From assembly GCA_965649055.1 (NCBI GenBank), contig CBFGJG010000002.1, forward strand, positions 51,920 through 89,987: a stretch of DNA of 38,068 bases, read 5' to 3'. The stretch is from a candidate division WOR-3 bacterium (GTDB lineage Bacteria > Hydrothermota > UBA3072 > B12-G15). Below are positions 1 to 8,540 of the stretch, piece after piece. Position 1 is the first letter of the stretch, and every line of letters starts with the position of its first letter. The position numbers and the translations under genes are program-made. The notes under the pieces were generated by a model that made no database searches, was not told where the DNA came from, and saw only the letters and a program-made list of their open reading frames with translations.

Positions 1-341
1 ATTAAAAAAATGTCATCTTTGAAATATGGGAAGTATTTCCCGACCAAATCCCTTTCTTTTCCTATCCTTATAGATGGAGAGAAATAAATGGGTATATTTT
101 CAATCGTTATACCTCTTAAATTCATATAATCACCAAAATGAATCCTCTTAGCAAACCTTAGAGAATCAAGTATAAATGAGAGTTTTTTTAAGCCAAAATC
201 ATCATTGTAAAAAGCAAAATCAGTGTTATATGTAAATTTTTCTAAACTATAGGAGAAATTAAATTCATTTATAGTATTATCCGGATTGGAATATAAAGAA
301 TATCCTGTTGAAATATAACCTGAAATAATAAGAAAAATCAT
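1..341 (-). CDS. N-terminal part of a putative outer-membrane usher-like beta-barrel protein (runs off the window edge; not in ORF track)
   Basis: ATG at 341 overlaps the TGA of the upstream chaperone gene (ATGA). The frame stays open to position 1: MIFLIISGYISTGYSLYSNPDNTINEFNFSYSLEKFTYNTDFAFYNDDFGLKKLSFILDSLRFAKRIHFGDYMNLRGITIENIP... Alternating aromatic beta-strand pattern; IHFGDY..LRG resembles the usher GD...RG segment. Confidence 0.6.
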   Translation of the reverse strand, partial: MIFLIISGYISTGYSLYSNPDNTINEFNFSYSLEKFTYNTDFAFYNDDFGLKKLSFILDSLRFAKRIHFGDYMNLRGITIENIPIYFSPSIRIGKERDLVGKYFPYFKDDIFL

Positions 342-1051
342 CTTATATCAAAGATTTTTTCGCCTTTTATTATCTCTGAACCACCATAATCAATCTCAAC
401 AGAGAAATAGTAATTTCCTTTCTTTAATCTCCTATTTATTTTATATAATCTTTCATAGTTTGGAAAGACAACACCACCAGGGATTGAATCTCTTAAAACA
501 TTATCTTTACCCATTTCTTTTATCTCATACCATATCTTTGGTCTTATTTTTATATTTCCTTCGTTTTTTAAAGTAAAATGAATAAAACCATCTTTTAAAA
601 AAATTGATTTAATATCTGCCTGTATAGACTGGATGTTTGTAGGAAGGACATAAAAAGAAATACCAATCCTTGGTGATATTATAACGGGTGTCCATACTTC
701 GGGTATGTTGACTGCTTCAAAAAATATTGAGCACCAATGTTCTTCATATATTTCAGGAATTACTACTGAATATCTCACCATTATTTTCTCTTTTGGTGGA
801 AGTGAAACCTCCGATGGATTGAGATGTATCCAGCGAGCACAGGAATTCTTTAAAGTATCATTCTTCGGATATTCTATCTCTCCTTCAATATTAACATAGA
901 AACTACCCGGATAACACTTTATTCTCAATGTCTCCACATCATCGGCATTAAAGACCTCAATCTCACCATTTTGGATTGTATTTGAACCGGCAACCTCTAT
1001 AATCGCTGGTGTTACAAGAAATTTTGCAACTGAAATGATTAAAAGAAACAT
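338..1051 (-). CDS. Putative pilus assembly chaperone (PapD/EcpB-like, two Ig-like domains; also resembles WxL-interacting DUF916/DUF3324)
   Basis: Motifs WIHLNPSEVSLPP..VRYSV.IP, WCSIFFE, RIGISFYV.P, LKNEGNIKIRP, VFPNYER, GNY..V.IDYGG; short hydrophobic N-terminus; lies between pilin-like genes and a barrel gene. Confidence 0.65.
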   Translation of the reverse strand: MFLLIISVAKFLVTPAIIEVAGSNTIQNGEIEVFNADDVETLRIKCYPGSFYVNIEGEIEYPKNDTLKNSCARWIHLNPSEVSLPPKEKIMVRYSVVIPEIYEEHWCSIFFEAVNIPEVWTPVIISPRIGISFYVLPTNIQSIQADIKSIFLKDGFIHFTLKNEGNIKIRPKIWYEIKEMGKDNVLRDSIPGGVVFPNYERLYKINRRLKKGNYYFSVEIDYGGSEIIKGEKIFDIR

Positions 1052-1076
1052 AAAAAAAGGGGGCTTAAGCCCCCTT
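1052..1076 (-). terminator. Intercistronic intrinsic terminator / stabilising hairpin after the major pilin-like gene
   Basis: Minus strand AAGGGGGC-TTAA-GCCCCCTT (perfect 20-bp palindrome 1057-1076) ending in a T7 run (1058-1052) directly before the chaperone ATG. Confidence 0.8.
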
Positions 1077-1081
1077 AAAAA

Positions 1082-1576
1082 TTAAAGTGTCTGCATTGTG
1101 ATTGTTACGGTTGTTGAATATGTTCCAGCTTCCTCATCTCCATCCATCCAGACACGCCAATCAAGGTTATAATCTTCCCAGCCTGTTGTTTTCCCGGTTC
1201 CATTTGTCAACTGAACATCAGAAGTTGTAAGGTCTGTCCAGGAACCAGCACCAGATAATGTATATTCAATATCACCTATAAGTATACCACCACCTGGGTC
1301 TCCTGAACCTCTTATCACAAGTTCCCAATCACCTGTTGTGTTTGTAAAGTATTCAACCTCCATATTAGGTGATGCAGACGGTGATGTCGGATAGTATACC
1401 TGTGGGAATGAAGCTGGTGGATATGTTGGAATACTCGCAAAATCCCATGTAACATCGTTCCCAACATAGATACCTACCCTTGTAGGTACAAGGAACTGTA
1501 AAGTGGCTGTCTGCGACTGCGGAGAAGCTCCTGTGGAACGACCAACACCCATCAACATAAACATAAGGAACATCAT
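1082..1576 (-). CDS. Putative major fimbrial subunit (Csu/spore-coat-U/WxL-like Ig fold)
   Basis: 164 aa, Thr/Gly/Ser-rich, C-terminal AGTYSTTVTITM strand typical of CU pilins and WxL proteins; strong SD (AAGGGAGG); followed by a hairpin. Confidence 0.6.
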   Translation of the reverse strand: MMFLMFMLMGVGRSTGASPQSQTATLQFLVPTRVGIYVGNDVTWDFASIPTYPPASFPQVYYPTSPSASPNMEVEYFTNTTGDWELVIRGSGDPGGGILIGDIEYTLSGAGSWTDLTTSDVQLTNGTGKTTGWEDYNLDWRVWMDGDEEAGTYSTTVTITMQTL

Positions 1577-1600
1577 ACAAACCTCCCTTTTTGGTTTAAA

Positions 1601-2023
1601 CTATAATCTCATTACAGAGATTATAAGCCTTGTTTTGTAATCACCAGGTTCGTATTCAAATAATGGTTTTATCTTCAAATCAATTGGAATAATTTCTCCC
1701 GTTTCTTTCGTTGGGACACCCCTGTATAATGTTATACCTGATTTTTCAAGAATCTGATAATCATATCCCTTTGCCCTTATACTCAAAACCTCACATGGAA
1801 TAACCGAACCTGATGATGAGACAAAATCACCTTCAGTTTCGCATCTTAATTCCCAGTTCACATTAGCATAAACCCTTACCCTTAAGGCAGATATAAATTC
1901 TTTCTCTTTTTCAAATGGTTCTATCTTCCCAAGGTTTACATTTGGAGTTTCCAGTTCTATGACCAAAAATTCGTCAATCTTAAAGTTTATATCAACTGAA
2001 GCCCATATGAGTATTAAAATCAT
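1601..2023 (-). CDS. Putative minor fimbrial subunit
   Basis: 140 aa; V.ANVNWEL and C-terminal PGDYKTRLIISV parallel the neighbouring pilin-like protein (TTGDWEL ... AGTYSTTVTIT); two Cys. Confidence 0.55.
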   Translation of the reverse strand: MILILIWASVDINFKIDEFLVIELETPNVNLGKIEPFEKEKEFISALRVRVYANVNWELRCETEGDFVSSSGSVIPCEVLSIRAKGYDYQILEKSGITLYRGVPTKETGEIIPIDLKIKPLFEYEPGDYKTRLIISVMRL

Positions 2024-2029
2024 ATTAAA

Positions 2030-2057
2030 ATAATATCAACTTTTGTATCTTTGTCAA
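2030..2057 (-). promoter_or_regulatory. Sigma70-type promoter, probably leaderless, for the pilus-like operon
   Basis: TTGACA (2057-2052), 16 bp, extended TGn-TATTAT (2035-2030), 6 nt, ATG at 2023; no SD. Confidence 0.65.
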
Positions 2058-2069
2058 GTTCTATTTTTT

Positions 2070-5000
2070 TCATTTTATAATAACCATCTTCTTTGTGTCT
2101 TTAAAATCACCCACCTGAATCTCATAGAAGTATATCCCTTTGGGAAGGATATTTCCGGTATCATCTTTACCGTCCCAGATTATCTCATAAAGTTTTTTCT
2201 CAACATAACCTGAAAACAGCCTCTTTACAATCTGCCCTGTTATATTATATATATTCAGGGTCGCATATTCCTTCATATAACCTCTTACCAGAAATTTTAT
2301 CTTCGTCTTTTCGCTGAAAGGATTGGGATAATTCTGAAACAGTTTTATAAATTTAAAATCCCGGTCATCAATACCTGTTGAACCTGTATCAGCACAATTC
2401 TTCTTAAAATAAATCTCTGGATTTCCATCCCTTTCATCGAACCAGAATACATAAAGAGAGTCATCTTTAGAAATAATCTCAGGGTATTCAGATATGCTAT
2501 TCCCTGCTGAAACTTTAATTTCTGAAGACCAATTTGCCCCATTATAATATTGTAAATAGACATCATTGTTCTTTCTGTAAACGACATTTATATAATCACC
2601 ATTCCAAGATAAAGCAGGGTAATAATTGTTACCAAAATTTGTGAATCTTTCTTCCTGTAACCAATTCTCTCCACCATCTATTGATAAACGATAATAAATA
2701 TCATAATCACCATTTTTGTTATCCATATAGAAGATAAAAACAGTGTCATTTCTTGCACATATTGCTGGATAAATTGAACTTGATGTATCATCTGTTACCC
2801 TGAAAACAGGAGACCAGCTTATTCCATCGTCTACAGAACGTAAGTAGAATACTTCATTATTTCCATAAGTATCATCAAAGAATGTTACATGTAGAGTATC
2901 GTGAGATCGTGCTACATCCGGGAAGAAAGAATTTCCCGTTGTAAATGTTATTCTTCTGTCTGTTGACCAGGTATACCCGCCATCATAAGAATATTTATTG
3001 ATTATCTCATAATTACCGTCCCTTATATCACTGAAAAATATATTTATCTTATTACCTGAAACATCAACCGAAGGCCCGTTCGCTTCGCCCAAGAGTTCTG
3101 TTAATAAGATGTTATCTGAATAGTTTGAGTTAAAATCCCCATATTTAAACATGATTTGATTCATATTCCCTTCCTCTAACCAGAAAATATATATCTTTTC
3201 ATTGTTTGAAGATACGGAAGGGAAGATAGAAGGATTTCCTGTTGAGCTTATCCTTTCCTCAACTTCCCAATCTTCACCTCTATTATATGATTTTTTAAGA
3301 TAAATCTCGTAATTCCCATCCCTTAAATCATAAAAAACAACCCCAATTATAGAATCATTTATGAATGCAGAAGAAGCATTACTCCAGGAAAGATAGCTTG
3401 AAGATAAATCATTTGTTAACCTTACATCATCGCCCCAAACGCCATTTGAACTTTTAATTGTCTCTGCTGGCAAATCGCACTTTTTTGCCGACTCAAATGC
3501 ACCTATATCCGGTGCACTTCCTGAGAATGGTAAACCAACATATACACCTCTATCTATACATGGACTTCCAGCTCCCAGATGGTAATCAGGTGTATAAATA
3601 GGGTCTTGACTTAAATCATTTGCACCCTGCGGCACAGCATATCCTGTAGGATATAAATAATTCCCAAAATTATTATTCCACACATTGTTATAATCTGATA
3701 CAACATAACCTGAACCATCAACCCATCCAAAACCATATTTATTGTTTGTTATATTGTTGTTAACTGTATATATCGTTCCTTTGAGCTGATTTAAATGTAT
3801 ACCTGCATCATTGTTCAAATCAAATGTATTGTTGTAAAGGCTGCATGTGGAAGAAGATATAATATCAATACCAAACATATTTCCTACTGAAAGATTTTGA
3901 TAAAATACACAATTTTTTGAATTTTCAAGCAATAAACCACAATCATTCATATTCCTAACATCATTTCCATAAACCTTCGTATTTTCTTCTTCATAAACCC
4001 ATATACCTTCAAATGGATAAGAAGAAGATATGTCTTTTCTTATGATATTATTAAAAATATTATTATTGACCCCTCCTTCTCCAATAATACCGTATCCACC
4101 ATCGGGAACATATATTTTGTTATTAAAGATTGAATTGCTCTTACTCTGGTATAGATAAAATCCGCACTCTGCATTAACAATTGTAAAACCACTTATCTCG
4201 ATAAAGACACCGAGTGAATCATAGAACCCATACCCATAACCCGCATCAATCACAGGTGAATCACCCGGGAAATTCCTAAAGAATGTCCAATACTCATCTA
4301 TCCCGGAATGTTCATTTCTTATCTTGATATTTTCTTCATAATTACCATTCTTTACATAGCATCCATCCGAACCTGACATAAATTCAATTCCCCTTCTTAT
4401 AGTCCTAAAGCAAGAACTCCTTGTTCCATAGTTTGAATCATCCCCTGAGATACCATCTATATAATAATCTTTAAAATATAGTATTGAAAAATCATGTAAA
4501 ATTGGTGTTGAATAAGATGATGTTTTGAAATAAACCTTAACCTTAATGTATCTTTCACCATAATGACCCGACCAGATTTTTTGCCCTGATAAAGTGTAAT
4601 AAGTGTTTGGTGTCCCATCAGGTCCTATAAAATTCCAAGTTGAGTTATCATTATTTGTTGCTATCTGGAATTTCATTTCACATCCCGAAGGAATTGTTGT
4701 ATTGAAATAAATCTTTTCCCATCTTGTTTCACCAAACTTATCTGAATCAAATGTTTTTGAAATAAAATAACCAGAATCAACATAAGCCCTGAAAAAAACT
4801 TCAAGATAAGGTCTTAAACCAAAATCAAAAGCGTAATCAGATGAGTAAAAACTCTTCCTGTAATTTGTGTTAGTTCCACCTTCGTTTGAAGAAATTAAAA
4901 GAAATCCGTAATTTGGATAAATTCCATTATACCATCCCCGGACATAATCTGTTGCAAGCCATCTTTTCCATCCATTTGTATTTGTATTTACTGAAGATAA

Positions 5001-5933
5001 AAAAGTTGCAGTAAAACTCGGTTGATTGTTCCATGTGATTGTGTTTTCATCCCAGTTTGATGTAACCATTCTTAACTGTATTGTCAGAATATTATTGTTT
5101 GCCTGAGCATATTGGTAAAGATTTAAAAAAGAACTATCAACGATCCCTGTTTTTGGAAGTCCTGAAATATCATCAAAAAGGAGAAAAGTCCTTCTTATTC
5201 TATTTGTCCTTCTCTCCACAGAAAGTGTTATACTGTTTCCATAATTTGTATTTGGAGAGTTCATATTCACATATGAATCATATCCTGAATTAGCATCCGG
5301 CTGGAATATCTGTAAATTTGCTGATGAATTATAGATCTTGAACCCAAGGTCATTTGCGGTTCCTGTCCAGTTTGTTCCACCGTTTGAAGAAGTGCATAAC
5401 CTACCGTTACCGTATAAGTCAGAATTAATATAATAAACCCTGTAATTGTTGTTTAAATCACCTGAACTTGTATAAATAACTACTGAATATTTAACACCTC
5501 CCTGTAGATACACTGGATTTTCAAATATAAAATCATATTCACCCAGTGAACCTATTGCATTATTCTGAACACCCGTATAAATTATATTTCCCGGTATATC
5601 TGTTGGAAGACAATTTCTTATCTCAAGTATGAGCGGAGAAGATATTGCACCGTATCTTTCGCAGTATAATCTTATCTTTTTAATATATCCTGAATTCCTC
5701 AATAAAAATGTCTGAGAAACCCAGTTTATTGAATAAACAGAGTAATACAAATTAGCATTTAACTGGAACTGGTCAATCCCTGGATAATTCATTAAGAGAA
5801 TATCACCAGGGCTTGAATAAATATCAACATAACTTAAATAACCATCAATGAAATCAGATTGTTCAGTTTGTAACCATATTTTCCCATATAAAAAATGGAC
5901 AAAGAATAAATGAATTAATGTAAAAATGTCCAT
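2070..5933 (-). CDS. Large secreted modular surface protein: DNRLRE-like domain, right-handed beta-helix, Asp-box/BNR beta-propeller, C-terminal T9SS type-A sorting / FlgD-Ig domain
   Basis: DSYVNMNSPNTNYG..WDENTITWNNQP..RPYLEV (DNRLRE-like); YYIDGISGDDSNYGT plus Asn-rich repeats and SPCIDRG..PDIGAFES (beta-helix and cap); S.D.G..W Asp boxes; C-terminal LFQNYPNPFS..IYNITGQIVKRL..WDGKD..GIYFY..KKMVIIK. Confidence 0.8.
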   Translation of the reverse strand: MDIFTLIHLFFVHFLYGKIWLQTEQSDFIDGYLSYVDIYSSPGDILLMNYPGIDQFQLNANLYYSVYSINWVSQTFLLRNSGYIKKIRLYCERYGAISSPLILEIRNCLPTDIPGNIIYTGVQNNAIGSLGEYDFIFENPVYLQGGVKYSVVIYTSSGDLNNNYRVYYINSDLYGNGRLCTSSNGGTNWTGTANDLGFKIYNSSANLQIFQPDANSGYDSYVNMNSPNTNYGNSITLSVERRTNRIRRTFLLFDDISGLPKTGIVDSSFLNLYQYAQANNNILTIQLRMVTSNWDENTITWNNQPSFTATFLSSVNTNTNGWKRWLATDYVRGWYNGIYPNYGFLLISSNEGGTNTNYRKSFYSSDYAFDFGLRPYLEVFFRAYVDSGYFISKTFDSDKFGETRWEKIYFNTTIPSGCEMKFQIATNNDNSTWNFIGPDGTPNTYYTLSGQKIWSGHYGERYIKVKVYFKTSSYSTPILHDFSILYFKDYYIDGISGDDSNYGTRSSCFRTIRRGIEFMSGSDGCYVKNGNYEENIKIRNEHSGIDEYWTFFRNFPGDSPVIDAGYGYGFYDSLGVFIEISGFTIVNAECGFYLYQSKSNSIFNNKIYVPDGGYGIIGEGGVNNNIFNNIIRKDISSSYPFEGIWVYEEENTKVYGNDVRNMNDCGLLLENSKNCVFYQNLSVGNMFGIDIISSSTCSLYNNTFDLNNDAGIHLNQLKGTIYTVNNNITNNKYGFGWVDGSGYVVSDYNNVWNNNFGNYLYPTGYAVPQGANDLSQDPIYTPDYHLGAGSPCIDRGVYVGLPFSGSAPDIGAFESAKKCDLPAETIKSSNGVWGDDVRLTNDLSSSYLSWSNASSAFINDSIIGVVFYDLRDGNYEIYLKKSYNRGEDWEVEERISSTGNPSIFPSVSSNNEKIYIFWLEEGNMNQIMFKYGDFNSNYSDNILLTELLGEANGPSVDVSGNKINIFFSDIRDGNYEIINKYSYDGGYTWSTDRRITFTTGNSFFPDVARSHDTLHVTFFDDTYGNNEVFYLRSVDDGISWSPVFRVTDDTSSSIYPAICARNDTVFIFYMDNKNGDYDIYYRLSIDGGENWLQEERFTNFGNNYYPALSWNGDYINVVYRKNNDVYLQYYNGANWSSEIKVSAGNSISEYPEIISKDDSLYVFWFDERDGNPEIYFKKNCADTGSTGIDDRDFKFIKLFQNYPNPFSEKTKIKFLVRGYMKEYATLNIYNITGQIVKRLFSGYVEKKLYEIIWDGKDDTGNILPKGIYFYEIQVGDFKDTKKMVIIK
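2395..3440 (-). repeat. Protein-level ~50-aa blade repeats (D.RDGN.EI...S.DGG.W) inside the 1287-aa protein; boundaries approximate
   Basis: DLRDGNYEIYLKKSYNRGEDW, DIRDGNYEIINKYSYDGGYTW, DDTYGNNEVFYLRSVDDGISW, DNKNGDYDIYYRLSIDGGENW, DERDGNPEIYFK. Confidence 0.75.
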
Positions 5934-5939
5934 ATTTAT

Positions 5940-5967
5940 ATTATATTTATATTTATTAAAAAATCAA
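5940..5967 (-). promoter_or_regulatory. Sigma70-type promoter, probably leaderless, for the 1287-aa protein
   Basis: TTGATT (5967-5962), 16 bp, TATAAT (5945-5940), 6 nt, ATG at 5933; no SD. Confidence 0.6.
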
Positions 5968-5998
5968 GTTTGAAATTAATAAAATTTTTATAATATCT

Positions 5999-6793
5999 TT
6001 ATTTTCCCATAAGCCTCTTTAATAATCTCATAAAATTTGGTTTATAGAGATTTTCATAAATATCATAAATCTCCTCAGGTGTTAATTCCTCTGCCCTCCT
6101 GTTTATATCTATATCCATAACACCTTTAAGATTGTTTTTTACTGTCTTCCGCCTTTGTTTGAATATTAAAAGAAGAAACCTGTAGAAATCACCATTAATC
6201 AATCCTTTTTTAAATTCCATAGAAATTATAGAAGATTCTACCTTAGGAACAGGGAAAAATGATTCAGGGCTTACATTTTTTATTCTTTTAACATCGCATC
6301 TTAAATGTGTTATAACTGAGAGTGGTCCATAATCCTTTGAATTATTTGTTGAGATTATACTATCAGATACTTCTTTCTGTAATAGAAATACACATTTTTT
6401 AATATTTTTGAAGTGGAATAAAATCATGGATATTATCTTTTTTGCACCCCTATATGGTAAAGAACCAATTATCTTATCCGGAAATCCAAGAACTTCCTCA
6501 TCAAGCCAAAGAAAATCTTCATTTATGACTTTTATTTTATCTTTAAACTTTTGATTAAGATACTCACAGAATTTTTTTTCTATCTCAACACATATAGGAA
6601 CAACATTTTTATTAATAATCTCTTCGGTTAATGAACCAAGACCGGGTCCAATCTCAAGGATTTTATCGTTCTCTTTTATATCAAGTGTTTCTATCATCTT
6701 TAAAACAACATTCCTATCTATAAGGAAATTTTGACCTTTTGATTTTTTTAATCTAAAATCCCCTAAAACCTTTACTATTTCCTGAACTTTCAT
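5999..6793 (-). CDS. rsmA: 16S rRNA (adenine-N6,N6)-dimethyltransferase RsmA/KsgA
   Basis: KKSKGQNFL, ILEIGPGLGSLT (SAM motif I), GSLPY, LQKEV, SFFPVPKVES, QRRKT, RRAEELT. Confidence 0.93.
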   Translation of the reverse strand: MKVQEIVKVLGDFRLKKSKGQNFLIDRNVVLKMIETLDIKENDKILEIGPGLGSLTEEIINKNVVPICVEIEKKFCEYLNQKFKDKIKVINEDFLWLDEEVLGFPDKIIGSLPYRGAKKIISMILFHFKNIKKCVFLLQKEVSDSIISTNNSKDYGPLSVITHLRCDVKRIKNVSPESFFPVPKVESSIISMEFKKGLINGDFYRFLLLIFKQRRKTVKNNLKGVMDIDINRRAEELTPEEIYDIYENLYKPNFMRLLKRLMGK

Positions 6794-7757
6794 ACAATTT
6801 TCTGCTTATCATATGTTCATCAAAATATTCCTTCAATTCCTTGAATGCAAGGTCGTAATTTCCTGCTGCATGCCACAGTATAAAACCATTCTGACAACTT
6901 TTTAACGCAGCATCTATCTGATTCTTTATATACTCTTTTCCCATCCTTGATGACCTCCAGTCAAATGCCTGTATATATCCAACAATCCTCTTTGTTTTAT
7001 CAGGAAGCATCTTTCTTGCATTCAACATTGAATCGTATATTAATTTGAAAGTCCTTTCTTCACCCGGAAGATCTTTAAAAAAAGTGTGATGAAAATGTGA
7101 AGGGTAAAGCATAGGATAAACTGCATCAACCCTTTTTCCCATCCTGCTTAAAGATTGCCCTTCAAGATAAAGGACATCAAACCAGCATACATAACCATAA
7201 AAATCTACACCCAGCCATCCGAGTGTATCAAGGTATGATACTGCTGTATCAAGGAATTCACAGAGTATTTTAGTTTTATTTGAACTTATTTTATATGGTT
7301 TTAAAGAAGATGGGAATCTAATATAATCGAACTGGACCTCGTCAAATCCCATCCTGAATGCTTCTTCAGCTATCTTTATTGCCTTCCACCATACTTCCTT
7401 TGATTCATGGTTCGCCCAGTATTTCTCTGTTTCATCATACCATATCCCACCTTCCGGTGTTTTTAAAGATAATCTTCCATTATCCAAAAGTGCAGTGTTT
7501 TTGTCCTTAAAAACAGGTAATCTTCCTATTATATAAACATTATATTTTTTATATTTTTTTAAGCTCTTCTTACAGGTCTCAAGATAAGTATTTCCCCATT
7601 CATCTTTAAGGTCAAAAACAAGTGTGTTTATATAACCTTCTTCTATCATCTGGATAATCTTCTTTTCATTCTTACCAGTCATAAGAACACCTGGTGCAAG
7701 GTATAATCCTCGCATTTCATTTGGAGGTATCATTATACAAATTATTAAGAAAACCAT
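6753..7757 (-). CDS. Putative glycoside hydrolase (DUF4015-like TIM barrel)
   Basis: INTLVFDLKDEWG, GFDEVQFDYIRFP, VYPMLYPSHF, YIQAF, GFILWH. Confidence 0.8.
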   Translation of the reverse strand: MVFLIICIMIPPNEMRGLYLAPGVLMTGKNEKKIIQMIEEGYINTLVFDLKDEWGNTYLETCKKSLKKYKKYNVYIIGRLPVFKDKNTALLDNGRLSLKTPEGGIWYDETEKYWANHESKEVWWKAIKIAEEAFRMGFDEVQFDYIRFPSSLKPYKISSNKTKILCEFLDTAVSYLDTLGWLGVDFYGYVCWFDVLYLEGQSLSRMGKRVDAVYPMLYPSHFHHTFFKDLPGEERTFKLIYDSMLNARKMLPDKTKRIVGYIQAFDWRSSRMGKEYIKNQIDAALKSCQNGFILWHAAGNYDLAFKELKEYFDEHMISRKLYESSGNSKGFRGF

Positions 7758-7764
7758 AAGATTT

Positions 7765-7792
7765 TTAATATATTAAAAAAAATTTTTGTCAA
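7765..7792 (-). promoter_or_regulatory. Possible leaderless promoter for the DUF4015-rsmA pair
   Basis: TTGACA (7792-7787), 16 bp, TATTAA (imperfect -10), 7 nt, ATG at 7757; no SD. Confidence 0.4.
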
Positions 7793-7795
7793 TAG

Positions 7796-8347
7796 TTAAT
7801 TTTCCTTAAATATCTTTTTGAATATATCGTAATATTTCTCATTCGTAGTTTTTTCAAATTCTTTAAGCCATTTTTTAATGTATTTAACATCAAAATTTCT
7901 GTTTTTCTTCATAACATCTTTAACGTCTTCAATATCCCTTGCTCTTCCCGCAATGATTTTGTGAATTATTAAATCTTCAAGGGAAGCAAATTTTACTATT
8001 GTTTTGTCGATACTTATTTGAACAGCATTCCCTATTGCTTCTCTCTCATATTCCGAAACTGAAAAGATAAAATCTATCCTTATTCCACTTTTTGAATCGA
8101 TCACAGGAAGGAGATAGGTCTTGTGAACAAATCTTTCCAGGTTTCCAACAATAATCTTTAATCTTAATTTCTTACATAATTTTAAAACCTTTTCATACCG
8201 GTCAGGTCCTATCCCGAGGATTATATCTATATCCCTTGTTAATCTTGGTTCACCATACAACAAAACTGCTTGACCACCAATTACCATATAAGGAATATGC
8301 TCGTTATCTAATTCTTTTGAAATTCTTTTTAACAATATTTTAAACAC
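7796..8347 (-). CDS. Nucleotidyltransferase, DUF6036/AbiEii-like (Pol beta fold)
   Basis: YMVIGGQAVLLYGEPRLTRDIDI, RIDF, SLEDLIIHKIIAGRARDIEDV. Confidence 0.85.
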   Translation of the reverse strand: MFKILLKRISKELDNEHIPYMVIGGQAVLLYGEPRLTRDIDIILGIGPDRYEKVLKLCKKLRLKIIVGNLERFVHKTYLLPVIDSKSGIRIDFIFSVSEYEREAIGNAVQISIDKTIVKFASLEDLIIHKIIAGRARDIEDVKDVMKKNRNFDVKYIKKWLKEFEKTTNEKYYDIFKKIFKEN

Positions 8348-8537
8348 TATTTATTACCTTTGCTATTTTTATATCTATTTTCAGGTCCTTAATCTTGTAT
8401 TTTTTCTTAAATCTACCTAACTCTAATGCCAGAAAATACATACAATCAAGGATTTTATACTTCTGATTTAATGTGAAATTATTATTCTTTGATAGATTAT
8501 CCTCAAATTTTATAAGATATTTATTCCTTTTTATCAA
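8340..8537 (-). CDS. Small basic protein overlapping the nucleotidyltransferase gene (possible antitoxin partner)
   Basis: 65 aa, TTG start without clear SD; fills the gap between two genes and overlaps the next gene by 8 nt; ends DIKIAKVINSV. Confidence 0.6.
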   Translation of the reverse strand: MIKRNKYLIKFEDNLSKNNNFTLNQKYKILDCMYFLALELGRFKKKYKIKDLKIDIKIAKVINSV

Positions 8538-8540
8538 TTT

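Noticed and set aside
5970..5994. Plus-strand TTGAAA...TATAAT suggesting an antisense promoter into rsmA
   Set aside because: Spacer is only 13 bp in very AT-rich DNA.
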